Source: an uncultured archaeon (GTDB taxonomy: Archaea > Iainarchaeota > Iainarchaeia > Iainarchaeales > CSSED10-239). From it: a DNA stretch of 14,199 bases. Location: assembly GCA_964586355.1 (NCBI GenBank), contig CAZPGO010000028.1, positions 1 to 14,199 of the forward strand, given 5' to 3'. Of this stretch, positions 1 to 7,459 are shown piece after piece. The notes beneath the pieces were generated by a model. The model made no database searches. It saw nothing but the letters and a program-made list of their open reading frames with translations, and was not told the DNA's origin. Each line of letters opens with the position of its first letter. Position 1 is the stretch's first letter. The position numbers were made by a program, and so were the translations under genes.

Positions 1-676
1 CATTACCTAGTTCTATATTCTTGTCTTCTACTCTTACAGTTTGTGTGTTTAATATGGTTGTGTCACCATTAACAGTTAAATTGCCAGATACAGTTAAATC
101 TTGGGCACTTAAATCTCCAATATCTAAATTTCCAGCAGTTAAACTTCCACCCACATTAAGATTTCCACTTATTCCAACACCACCAGTCACTACCAATGTG
201 CCAGTAGCAGTGCTTGTGCTTGCGGTGTTTTGTGTAAATGTAACAGAGTTGTTTGCAGTTAGTGTTGTGAATGCACCAGATGCAGCGGTACCATCACCGC
301 CAATCGGCGTGCTTGCTATACTGTGTGCAAATAATGTTCCGCCAGCAACATCGACGTCATTGTTAAATGTTATTGTGCTACTAAATGTTTTATTGCCATT
401 TATTGTTTGAGCACCTTCGGTCATTACAAAATTTGCATTTGCACCAGCATCAGGAATGGTGTAAGTTCTTGCAGTATTGGTGGTGTAAGTTAGCGTGGCT
501 TTGTTCTCCTGAGTTCCCATTTGTATAGTGCCGGCACCAGCAATATTTCCACCAACATTCAAGTTTCCAGCAACTCCGGCACCTCCAACAACCACCAAAG
601 TTCCAGTCGATGTGTCTGTGCTTACTATATCCCCATTATAAAGGCCGTTGTATCTTTCTGTATAAGCTTTAGGCAT
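1..676 (-). CDS. Tail fiber / tail spike-like structural protein, N-terminal 225 codons (3' end lies beyond the left window edge)
   Basis: Absent from the ORF track because no stop codon lies in the window. I translated the reverse strand by hand from ATG 676..674, and it stays open to position 2: MPKAYTERYNGLYNGDIVSTDTSTGTLVVVGGAGVAGNLNVGGNIAGAGTIQMG...TASTSTATGTLVVTGGVGISGNLNVGGSLTAGNLDIGDLSAQDLTVSGNLTVNGDTTILNTQTVRVEDKNIELGN. The composition is Gly/Thr/Asn/Val-rich. There are two copies of a TGTLVVxGGxGxxGNLNVGG motif of the kind seen in phage fiber proteins. A GGAG Shine-Dalgarno (complement of 683-686) sits 6 nt before the ATG. Track ORFs 21..410(+) and 521..733(+) are antisense shadows of this gene. 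Confidence 0.7.
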   Translation of the reverse strand, partial: MPKAYTERYNGLYNGDIVSTDTSTGTLVVVGGAGVAGNLNVGGNIAGAGTIQMGTQENKATLTYTTNTARTYTIPDAGANANFVMTEGAQTINGNKTFSSTITFNNDVDVAGGTLFAHSIASTPIGGDGTAASGAFTTLTANNSVTFTQNTASTSTATGTLVVTGGVGISGNLNVGGSLTAGNLDIGDLSAQDLTVSGNLTVNGDTTILNTQTVRVEDKNIELGN

Positions 677-702
677 GACTTTCTCCAAATTATAGTGTTA
701 CA

Positions 703-710
703 TATTTATA
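703..710 (-). promoter_or_regulatory. T4-type late promoter candidate (exact TATAAATA on the reverse strand)
   Basis: Plus-strand tatttata at 703-710 is TATAAATA on the minus strand. It lies in the 43-nt spacer, 26 nt upstream of the tail-fiber ATG (676), and is followed by the GGAG ribosome-binding site. A gp55-like late sigma factor is encoded in the same window. Caveat: ATAAATA-like strings are common in this AT-rich DNA. Confidence 0.4.
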
Positions 711-719
711 TATACATTT

Positions 720-1235
720 ATGATAAAAAATAAAAATGGCAAAGAATACAAAGTATCTAAACCCAATCCATTAATGAAATTTCAAGAACTGTGGGAAAAG
801 TACACAATACATAATTTTTTTTGGCAAGAACTAAAAGAAATAAATTTTTTTAAAGAAACAAAAAAAGAAGAAAAAATAAACCAAACAGAAAAAAAAACAA
901 AAGAAAAAAAAATTGAACAAGAAAACAAATCGAACAAACAAATAACACTTTGTTGGTACGTAGAAGCGGAAACAACAAGTAAAAAAGATGAATTATATGA
1001 AGAAATAAAAACAAAAATAACATACAAAGAAAAAAAATTAATAGAAATAAAAATAGAAGAGTACAACGATCTTTATTTAAACTTTTCAAGTAAAGAGGAA
1101 TTGCTTAAAAATTCTATAATTTTTATAAAAAACAAGGATAAAAGATGGTGGAAAATAAAAAAAGAACAAAAACTAGAAGAAGAAAAATATTTTTATTTTT
1201 GTATTCCGTCAGACTTGACACCGTCTTTAGATTGA
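720..1235 (+). CDS. Hypothetical Lys/Glu-rich protein (171 aa)
   Basis: ATG-initiated ORF and the only protein-like reading of 720-1192; the antisense ORFs there are poly-Phe/Leu shadows of A-runs. Low-complexity K/E-rich middle, more ordinary ends (e.g. KFQELWEKYTIHNFFWQELK). The last 43 nt overlap the convergent 94-aa gene, which lowers confidence. Confidence 0.4.
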   Translation: MIKNKNGKEYKVSKPNPLMKFQELWEKYTIHNFFWQELKEINFFKETKKEEKINQTEKKTKEKKIEQENKSNKQITLCWYVEAETTSKKDELYEEIKTKITYKEKKLIEIKIEEYNDLYLNFSSKEELLKNSIIFIKNKDKRWWKIKKEQKLEEEKYFYFCIPSDLTPSLD

Positions 1236-1477
1236 GGAACTATGTTAACTTTGTAGCCGACCTTTTCTAGGCTTTTTTTGTGATCTTCCACACACTTCAA
1301 ATAAGCTGATTCATAAACATCTGCCAAAAAAGAAGAAAAATCTTTTAAATCTGAGTCTGACAGAAAATACAAAACTCTATCCACTAGCTTTTCATGCTTC
1401 GAGTATTTGTTTTCTAAAATATCTAAAACATATTTCTTAAAATAAATGTTTCTATTATTTTTTAATAAATCTAACAT
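1193..1477 (-). CDS. Hypothetical 94-aa protein, translationally coupled to the giant upstream gene
   Basis: Its ATG (1477..1475) shares one base with the TAA stop (1479..1477) of the 1378-aa gene, giving a TAATG junction on the minus strand. No recognisable family. Confidence 0.6.
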   Translation of the reverse strand: MLDLLKNNRNIYFKKYVLDILENKYSKHEKLVDRVLYFLSDSDLKDFSSFLADVYESAYLKCVEDHKKSLEKVGYKVNIVPQSKDGVKSDGIQK

Positions 1478-4400
1478 TATACAATATTTTTATCAATAAA
1501 TCTTTTAAAATAAGAATCTAATGAATCCCAACGTCCAGATTTAGTATAGTAATCTTTTATTCTTTTAGCTATACTAGATTTTTCAGAAATTTCTTTTTTA
1601 CTATTAATAATGTTGATAATTTCAACCTTTTTAAGCTTTCCTACATTAGAAAAGTCTGGTTCTGTGGATAAGCTATTGCTATCAATTCTTCTAAGAGTGC
1701 TTCCATAATTTCTGACCGCCAAAGACGTGACCCCCTGCAGCTTGTGAATATATGGTATGGGATCAAAATAATCTCCTGCGTAACCTTGAGGGCGAGCAAA
1801 TCCCCCTGGTTTATACATATTTGATCTTAAGAACTCAAGCACATTTGCTTTAATTAAATTGTTAGACTCAAGATTTTTTCTAAATGAAATTACAGAATTT
1901 TTATAATCATCATTCTGCTTCATTTGAAGCAGCACATCATCAAACATACTTTCAAACTTAACGGCCACGCTCAAAAACATATCAGAAATAGAATCTAAGG
2001 CAACAAAAAAACTTTTAGTGTTACTGCCAGGGTATTTTCTAATATAAGCTATTTCTGCGTCACTTGTTTCTGTGCCAAGTCCTTGTAAAAATAAAGTATA
2101 AGCTCTTAGTAAAGAACCTCTATCTTTATTTGGATCACCTAAAACATAATAAAAAACACTTGCAGATTTAACAAAATTTTCATTGCTAGTCTGACCTAGC
2201 TGTATGAGGTTACCAACTATGTTTGAAATCTTTCTCAAGTTAGAATCCACATTGTTTGCATAGTTAATTTTTTCTACCAATTTTTTAACTTCTGGAACTA
2301 CGCTATTAAATTTTTGCTTAAAATCTTTAACATAAGAATTTGTTTCATCAACCAAAGCGTCCTCCGACGAGGGTTCTTTGGTTGATTTTTCTCTTGCAAC
2401 AGATAAGCCAGAGATATGTTCTATGTCTTTTTGATAAATTTTGTTAGTATAATCATGTAAAGATTCTATTTGTTGTTTAATAGTTAAAGAGCTATCTTCA
2501 GGCGTATCATCTAATATTTTTTGGTTAAATATGTAGCTATCTGTACCTATAGTGCCTTGACTACTTGACCCATTGCCAACCAAAAATTCTTTTTCTTCTT
2601 TAACTTTGCCTAACAAAGTATCTTTTTGATCTTGTGTGAGCAAAGATTTATTTGTTTCGTAGAAAGTTCTTAAAAAGTTTCTTAATTCAGTTGGTGGACC
2701 AAACCTCCAGTTTTCCATGTCAGGCCTAAAATTGTCTTTATCAGCTTGAAACTCTCCTTTGTTTTCAGATTTTCTATAGCCAGGAAAATACCATTCGGCC
2801 ATTTCATCATCATCATCATCTCCAATTACGTCTATAGAAAATATAGAATTTAAAGCTTTGCTATTAGAATTATTAAGTTTTGATTTTTTTTCCAAGTCAT
2901 CTAAATAACTTTGGTATTCGGACAAAGATCGTTTAAATGCAAAAACACTTAATGTTCCTATTAAATTTTTTCTAGATTTTCTACCTACTTGTCCGTGATT
3001 TATGGAGCCTCTTTTTACTTTTTGATAACCACTTTGTAGCCATTTTCCTATTGTCGAACAAAACACATTTACTGCGCTCTTTTTTTCTCCAGAATCACCA
3101 AGAAAAGTTTTCCAAATACCCTTGTTTCCGCCAGCAATTACCTCTCCGACAACATAATCATGAAGATCTTGTATTCTACCAGGATTCTCTAAAAGCCATA
3201 CCCTAAAGCCAACATTGCCATCATTATTACAAACAATTTTTTTCATCGATAAACAGTCGTTTATGGCCTTAATAATTAAAGGAAAACCCATAATCTCTGG
3301 GTTAGAGTTCGACTTAATCACTTTTAAACGCAAGGGATCAGTCTCGCTCGATGAATATTGTCCCTCTCTATTTTCTTCTCCATCATCGGAAGAGGTTTTA
3401 CGTGGAATTTTTATCTCCTCTCCTATTCTATAACCATTTAAAACAAAAGGATAATAATCAGGAAGATCATATTTTGAGTAAAAATTAATAGGATCTACAT
3501 CATCATAAATATCTATTATGCTACCGCCAAAGAGCTGCTTATATTTTTTTATAACATCTGATTTAGAAAAAACTTGATCTATATGATCAGGATGAGACCA
3601 AACTTTTATAAAAGAAGCCTTGTCGTTTTTTCTCCACCTATTAAAGCCAAACTTTCTAGTTGCTCCTTTAGTATCTATGCTATAGTATACTCCGTCAACT
3701 CCCGCCTTTTTTAAATATCTACCTGAGCTTTTAGCACTTATTACTTTTACTTCTTTTTCTTCTCCATTATCATCAACTAGTTTGTAAACACTAGTTCTAT
3801 CGCTTGTACTAGGTGTATAAAAATCATCTTTAGGCTTACTTTTTTCGTCTTCTGGGGCGTCTTGATCTGAATCTGAATTACCGACTTCACCTTTAACATC
3901 ATCATTAGAGTCAGCATTAGAAGATTTAGAACTTAAAACCCCAGACAAATACATACCAGGTTTTAACAAAGGCACATTAATTTCTTTTTCTTCTCCATCA
4001 TAACCAACAAACTTTCTTTTAACAAAGGGAAGAACCACCGGAGCATAATCCATATCCCCCGGGACCAACTTTTTTTTGCCATTTATTGTTTTTAAATTTA
4101 ATGGCAAGCGGCCAGTTTTAATAAAATTCTCTAGTTCCTCTTTGGAAAGATTTTTTTCCAATTCACTTCTAGCATCAGAATCTAATCTCAAAAAACTTTG
4201 CCTTCTGGCTTCTTCATCTTCTCCATCTAATATTCTTGGACCCAAAACTCTTTTGCCTGTTTCTAATATATGATCGGCCTGTTTTTCTGCAAAATAGCCA
4301 GCAAATTTATTGAGAATTTTTCTATTTCCACTAATATTTTGCCAATTACTAACATAACTTCTTGCAATATTAGCCTTATTTTCTTTATCATCGCTAGATG

Positions 4401-5613
4401 CGACAAGGTCAGATCTGTTTTTTAATATGTATTCAATTGTTTCATTGTCTGTAGTGGCCCAATCTCCGGTTTCTATCTCATCACGAAACTTAGAATCTAC
4501 TATATCATAAAAACCATTGTCTTTGACTTTAGACCAAGATTGTAAAGTTCTATTTTTAGAAATAAACTCAACTATTTTGTTATTAAAGCTTTTTTTAATT
4601 ACATCATAATTAAAGCTGTCTTCTAAATTTCTTCCTATACTAAAAAATCTATAAGTCAATAAAGGACTTCCATCACTATCAGTTCCGCTAAACTTTTTAA
4701 AGTTTTCATCACTAGGTAAAGGGCCCATATGCCTTTGGTAGTTAAATTTAGCTAATTCCCTTATTAAGTTCTTAACACCTTTACTAGTATCTAGTGAAGG
4801 AAAGGTAAAACCCCTGGTTTTTCCGGCCGCAGTTGACCTACCCCCTCCCAAAGATATGTTTTGAGTTCTAGCCCTACCTAAATCAAAACCGTAACTTCCT
4901 GTTTTTTTCATTTCAATAGGAACTTCTTTTTCAAGAGTTCTACTAAGATTCATTAATTTTTGACTATTACCTGGCAGAGTTATTTCTTCTCCTTTAGTAG
5001 TTTCTAGTTTTTGTATAAGTCTGTTTATATGCATAGGAACAAAAGTCTTAGATGCACCACGGTTTCCACTTAATTTGTATGCTTTCTTTTCTTTAGCAAA
5101 AGGAACTATATAACCACATATCATGTATCTGAGTTCATGAAGAAAACTTCTTGAGCCTTTTTTTTTGGCTCTATCAAAATCCTCGCCATACTCTTCTCTA
5201 AAGTCTTTTTCCCAATTTTTTAATTTAACTTTTTCTTCCACAGGAGTAGCAACCTTGTCTCCGTAATCATTAAAACCAGAAGCAAAATTATTTACAAAAT
5301 CAACAAAAGAATCTAATGAAATGTTTTCTCTATCTTCTTTTGTTTTATATAGCTTATTAAAATCTCTTACAAAGGCAGACTCTATTTTTTTTCTAACAGC
5401 ATCTCTTTTCTTTAATTCTTCTAAAAGAACCTCATAGCGTGTCGATATAGCATAAGTCCAAAGAGTGTAGTCTATTTGGTAAAGAAAGTCTAAGTCTTCT
5501 TCGTCAAGCAACACAGAGCTTTCAGGGGTATCTCCCCTTCTTGCTTCTAATATGAACTCTGTGTCATGACTAATAACAAAAAAATTCTTAAAATTAAACA
5601 TTTTAAATGCCAT
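1477..5613 (-). CDS. Giant hypothetical protein (1378 aa), possibly virion-associated; function unknown
   Basis: Uninterrupted 4.1-kb ATG-initiated ORF, so coding status is essentially certain. I recognise no catalytic or fiber-type motifs. An acidic Ser/Asp/Glu-rich, probably disordered linker (about residues 560-600, nt ~3820-3940) separates two large blocks. A D5 tract is encoded by a (TCA)5 microsatellite. The gene is divergent from the neck gene, with start codons 22 nt apart. Confidence 0.9.
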   Translation of the reverse strand: MAFKMFNFKNFFVISHDTEFILEARRGDTPESSVLLDEEDLDFLYQIDYTLWTYAISTRYEVLLEELKKRDAVRKKIESAFVRDFNKLYKTKEDRENISLDSFVDFVNNFASGFNDYGDKVATPVEEKVKLKNWEKDFREEYGEDFDRAKKKGSRSFLHELRYMICGYIVPFAKEKKAYKLSGNRGASKTFVPMHINRLIQKLETTKGEEITLPGNSQKLMNLSRTLEKEVPIEMKKTGSYGFDLGRARTQNISLGGGRSTAAGKTRGFTFPSLDTSKGVKNLIRELAKFNYQRHMGPLPSDENFKKFSGTDSDGSPLLTYRFFSIGRNLEDSFNYDVIKKSFNNKIVEFISKNRTLQSWSKVKDNGFYDIVDSKFRDEIETGDWATTDNETIEYILKNRSDLVASSDDKENKANIARSYVSNWQNISGNRKILNKFAGYFAEKQADHILETGKRVLGPRILDGEDEEARRQSFLRLDSDARSELEKNLSKEELENFIKTGRLPLNLKTINGKKKLVPGDMDYAPVVLPFVKRKFVGYDGEEKEINVPLLKPGMYLSGVLSSKSSNADSNDDVKGEVGNSDSDQDAPEDEKSKPKDDFYTPSTSDRTSVYKLVDDNGEEKEVKVISAKSSGRYLKKAGVDGVYYSIDTKGATRKFGFNRWRKNDKASFIKVWSHPDHIDQVFSKSDVIKKYKQLFGGSIIDIYDDVDPINFYSKYDLPDYYPFVLNGYRIGEEIKIPRKTSSDDGEENREGQYSSSETDPLRLKVIKSNSNPEIMGFPLIIKAINDCLSMKKIVCNNDGNVGFRVWLLENPGRIQDLHDYVVGEVIAGGNKGIWKTFLGDSGEKKSAVNVFCSTIGKWLQSGYQKVKRGSINHGQVGRKSRKNLIGTLSVFAFKRSLSEYQSYLDDLEKKSKLNNSNSKALNSIFSIDVIGDDDDDEMAEWYFPGYRKSENKGEFQADKDNFRPDMENWRFGPPTELRNFLRTFYETNKSLLTQDQKDTLLGKVKEEKEFLVGNGSSSQGTIGTDSYIFNQKILDDTPEDSSLTIKQQIESLHDYTNKIYQKDIEHISGLSVAREKSTKEPSSEDALVDETNSYVKDFKQKFNSVVPEVKKLVEKINYANNVDSNLRKISNIVGNLIQLGQTSNENFVKSASVFYYVLGDPNKDRGSLLRAYTLFLQGLGTETSDAEIAYIRKYPGSNTKSFFVALDSISDMFLSVAVKFESMFDDVLLQMKQNDDYKNSVISFRKNLESNNLIKANVLEFLRSNMYKPGGFARPQGYAGDYFDPIPYIHKLQGVTSLAVRNYGSTLRRIDSNSLSTEPDFSNVGKLKKVEIINIINSKKEISEKSSIAKRIKDYYTKSGRWDSLDSYFKRFIDKNIV
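2804..2820. repeat. (TCA)5 trinucleotide microsatellite encoding poly-Asp in the giant ORF
   Basis: Plus strand tcatcatcatcatcatc. On the minus strand this reads GAT x5 and encodes ...IGDDDDDEM... Confidence 0.8.
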
Positions 5614-5615
5614 AT

Positions 5616-5623
5616 AATAAATA
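5616..5623 (+). promoter_or_regulatory. Late-promoter-like AATAAATA upstream of the neck gene
   Basis: AATAAATA differs from T4 TATAAATA at one position and lies 12 nt before ATG 5636 in the 22-nt divergent spacer. It overlaps a palindromic TATATATA (5622-5629) that could serve the opposite strand. No Shine-Dalgarno is present for either gene. Confidence 0.25.
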
Positions 5624-5635
5624 TATATAGATTAT

Positions 5636-6496
5636 ATGAATAAAATTTTAGAAATAAGCACCCCAACCAAAAACACAGTTTGCAATCCAAGCTGTTCTAG
5701 TGATTTAGGCCCAACAGAAACATTGACTCCTCTTTCTCCTAGAAAAAATAGAGAAAAAGTAAGAGAGCAAATAAAAGACTACGTTTTACTAATGTTGGGA
5801 GCCCCTGTTATAAACATAGAGTTAGACCAACAACAGTTAGATGGTGCGGTAGATTTTTCTTTACAAATAATAGAAGACTATGCTCCCAGAGAGTATTTTC
5901 AATGGTACTTATTTGAAACAGTACCAGGACAAACTATATACAAAATGCCAGATGATGTTGGGATGATAAGACAAGTGGCATACAAAGAAGTAGGCAAACT
6001 AGCGTTTAGTGCTGCTGATCTTGGTGGGGTAATACCACTTGAATATATGGGAGCAGGAGCTTATGGATCCATAGCAGGAGGAATAAACCCTCAAACTCCG
6101 GTATGGGGGAAAATGAATGAATGGGTTTTATACAAACAATACGAAGACATGTACCACAGAAGTGCCGGGCAACAGGGTGGATGGGAATGGATAGGTGGAT
6201 ATTCTAATATAAAACTATATCCAACTCCTTATAAAAATCACTTGGTAGCTGTGCATTATTTACAAAAAAGACCAGACTTTAAAGAAGTAACACAAGCAAT
6301 GCAAGAAGGCGCCTTGGCGTTTGCAAAAATAATGGTGGGAAGAATAAGATCTAAAATAATGAATCCTCCTGGGCCCAACGGAGGAATTCAATTAGATGGA
6401 CAACAAATATTACAAGAAGGTCTTCAAGAAAAAAAAGAATGGGAAGAAAGACTAATAAATAGATTTGGAGATCTCCCAAGCATAACACTAGGATAA
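5636..6496 (+). CDS. Neck / head-completion protein, T4 gp13/gp14 family-like (286 aa)
   Basis: The N-terminal block ...KVREQIKDYVLLMLGAPVINIELDQQQLDGAVDFSLQIIEDY... resembles the conserved N-terminal motif of the T4 neck protein family (gp13/gp14), from memory. Size and the structural-gene neighbourhood are compatible. Confidence 0.5.
   Translation: MNKILEISTPTKNTVCNPSCSSDLGPTETLTPLSPRKNREKVREQIKDYVLLMLGAPVINIELDQQQLDGAVDFSLQIIEDYAPREYFQWYLFETVPGQTIYKMPDDVGMIRQVAYKEVGKLAFSAADLGGVIPLEYMGAGAYGSIAGGINPQTPVWGKMNEWVLYKQYEDMYHRSAGQQGGWEWIGGYSNIKLYPTPYKNHLVAVHYLQKRPDFKEVTQAMQEGALAFAKIMVGRIRSKIMNPPGPNGGIQLDGQQILQEGLQEKKEWEERLINRFGDLPSITLG
6454..6461 (+). promoter_or_regulatory. Late-promoter-like AATAAATA embedded in the 3' end of the neck gene
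   Basis: Lies 38 nt upstream of ATG 6500, which has a weak AGGA ribosome-binding site. It is part of a 15-nt string, CTAATAAATAGATTT, that recurs exactly at 10734-10748 upstream of the gene at 10820. Confidence 0.2.
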
Positions 6497-6499
6497 TTT

Positions 6500-6967
6500 A
6501 TGAAAAAATTTAAAGAATGGATATTGCTGAGTGAACAAGCGGATGTATCCAGGTATAGTATAGAAGTTAATTTCAAAACAAAACCCGATGAAGTTTTAGA
6601 AGCATATTCAAAAATAACACTGGGTTACGTGAGTGCGGCAATAAAAAAAATGGGATATCACACAAAACATGTTTATACAGAAAAACCAATAAGACTACTA
6701 GTATCTTTAAACAAGTGGGATGATGGAGAGTGGATAGTTATCATTAGCTGGGACAAATCGAAAAAATGCTTTGCTTTGTCAACAGGCTTTTACAATAAAA
6801 TGAAGCAAACAGTTTCAATTAAAGAAACAGTACGATGTACAGGAGAAGATGCGTCAGAAATTTATAAAGATTTATTTAATAAATTGGGAGATTTAAAAAA
6901 TGAACCAAGCAGAAAAAGCACTTCACTAAATCCTGTAAACAAAAAAAGAGGCCCAAAAACTAGATAA
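6500..6967 (+). CDS. Hypothetical protein (155 aa) with a basic C-terminus
   Basis: ATG ORF starting 3 nt after the neck gene stop, with AGGA upstream. The sequence is protein-like (WDDGEWIVIISWDKSKKCFALSTGFY). No family recognised. Confidence 0.65.
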   Translation: MKKFKEWILLSEQADVSRYSIEVNFKTKPDEVLEAYSKITLGYVSAAIKKMGYHTKHVYTEKPIRLLVSLNKWDDGEWIVIISWDKSKKCFALSTGFYNKMKQTVSIKETVRCTGEDASEIYKDLFNKLGDLKNEPSRKSTSLNPVNKKRGPKTR

Positions 6968-7412
6968 AATCACCTTTATCTTTGGTGAAATCTTGGTATT
7001 TTTTCTTTAATTCATTATAATTTTTAGCTGATCTATACAATTGTTTAAAATGGTTAAGAATACAAGTAGTCATATAATTAAAAGCCTTGCCCACTCTAGG
7101 ATCAAATTTATCTAATTTTTCAAAACAAACAAGGACTCCTTCTTGAATAGCATCATCCTGATCTATTAAACTAAATTTTGCATACCTAACTATATTGCTA
7201 CTCAAAATGTAAAAAGCGTGAGCTAAATTTTTTTGTATATCCGTGAAATGAATACTTGATTCTAATAATCTTTTATCTATAATTTCACTTGTTATTTTTC
7301 TTTCCTTTAAATCCTGACTTAAAAAGCCATACAAACTTTTATCTCTTTTTGTTTTTTGAAACAATAATATTATTTTTTCTAAATTTTTGTTATTTAAATA
7401 TTCATTTGACAT
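6960..7412 (-). CDS. Late-transcription sigma factor, T4 gp55-like (150 aa from ATG 7412)
   Basis: Aligns by eye to T4 gp55. NEYLNNKNLEKIILLFQ matches gp55 YNYVNNKELLQAIIDW. YAKFSLIDQDDAIQEGVLVCFEKLDKFDPRVGKAFNYMTTCILNHFKQLYRSAKNYNELKKKY matches gp55 [58 protein letters not shown]. The track start at 7415 is a TTG; the adjacent ATG at 7412 is the more likely start. Confidence 0.8.
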   Translation of the reverse strand: MSNEYLNNKNLEKIILLFQKTKRDKSLYGFLSQDLKERKITSEIIDKRLLESSIHFTDIQKNLAHAFYILSSNIVRYAKFSLIDQDDAIQEGVLVCFEKLDKFDPRVGKAFNYMTTCILNHFKQLYRSAKNYNELKKKYQDFTKDKGDFI

Positions 7413-7429
7413 CAAACTATATTAGTTTG
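7413..7429. promoter_or_regulatory. Perfect 7-bp inverted repeat abutting the gp55-like start codon
   Basis: CAAACTA-TAT-TAGTTTG; reverse complement of the left arm equals the right arm. On the minus-strand mRNA the hairpin ends at position -1 relative to the AUG, and there is no Shine-Dalgarno sequence. Confidence 0.35.
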
Positions 7430-7459
7430 TAATTTTAATATTTGCCTTATTTAACAAAA

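Noticed and set aside
21-733. Plus-strand ORFs 21..410 and 521..733 from the track
   Set aside because: They lie antisense to a continuous, clearly protein-like minus-strand reading frame (the tail-fiber-like gene, with a ribosome-binding site and ATG at 676). Their translations are low-complexity P/V/L/S-rich shadow sequence.
782-1089. Minus-strand ORFs 782..1066 and 850..1089
   Set aside because: These are poly-Phe/Leu/Ser translations produced by reading A-rich coding DNA backwards. They are typical antisense shadows of the K/E-rich + strand ORF.
3215-4273. Plus-strand ORFs 3215..3433 and 4076..4273 inside the giant gene. The same applies to 7738..7944(-), 10370..10648(-), 10676..10861(-), 12925..13116(-) and 13147..13341(-).
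   Set aside because: All are short, fully nested antisense to longer and better-supported genes, lack ribosome-binding sites and have shadow-like composition.
4795-4860. Walker-A-like GGGRSTAAGKT in the giant protein. Other motif look-alikes: LGDSGEKK (serine-protease-like), HELRY (HExxH-like), and GDDDDDE or YDDVD (RNA polymerase metal-site-like).
   Set aside because: The spacing is G-x5-GKT rather than G-x4-GK[ST]. The second His of HExxH is missing. GDSG lacks the surrounding protease context. The poly-Asp tract is a microsatellite-encoded low-complexity run. None of these is enough to assign a function.
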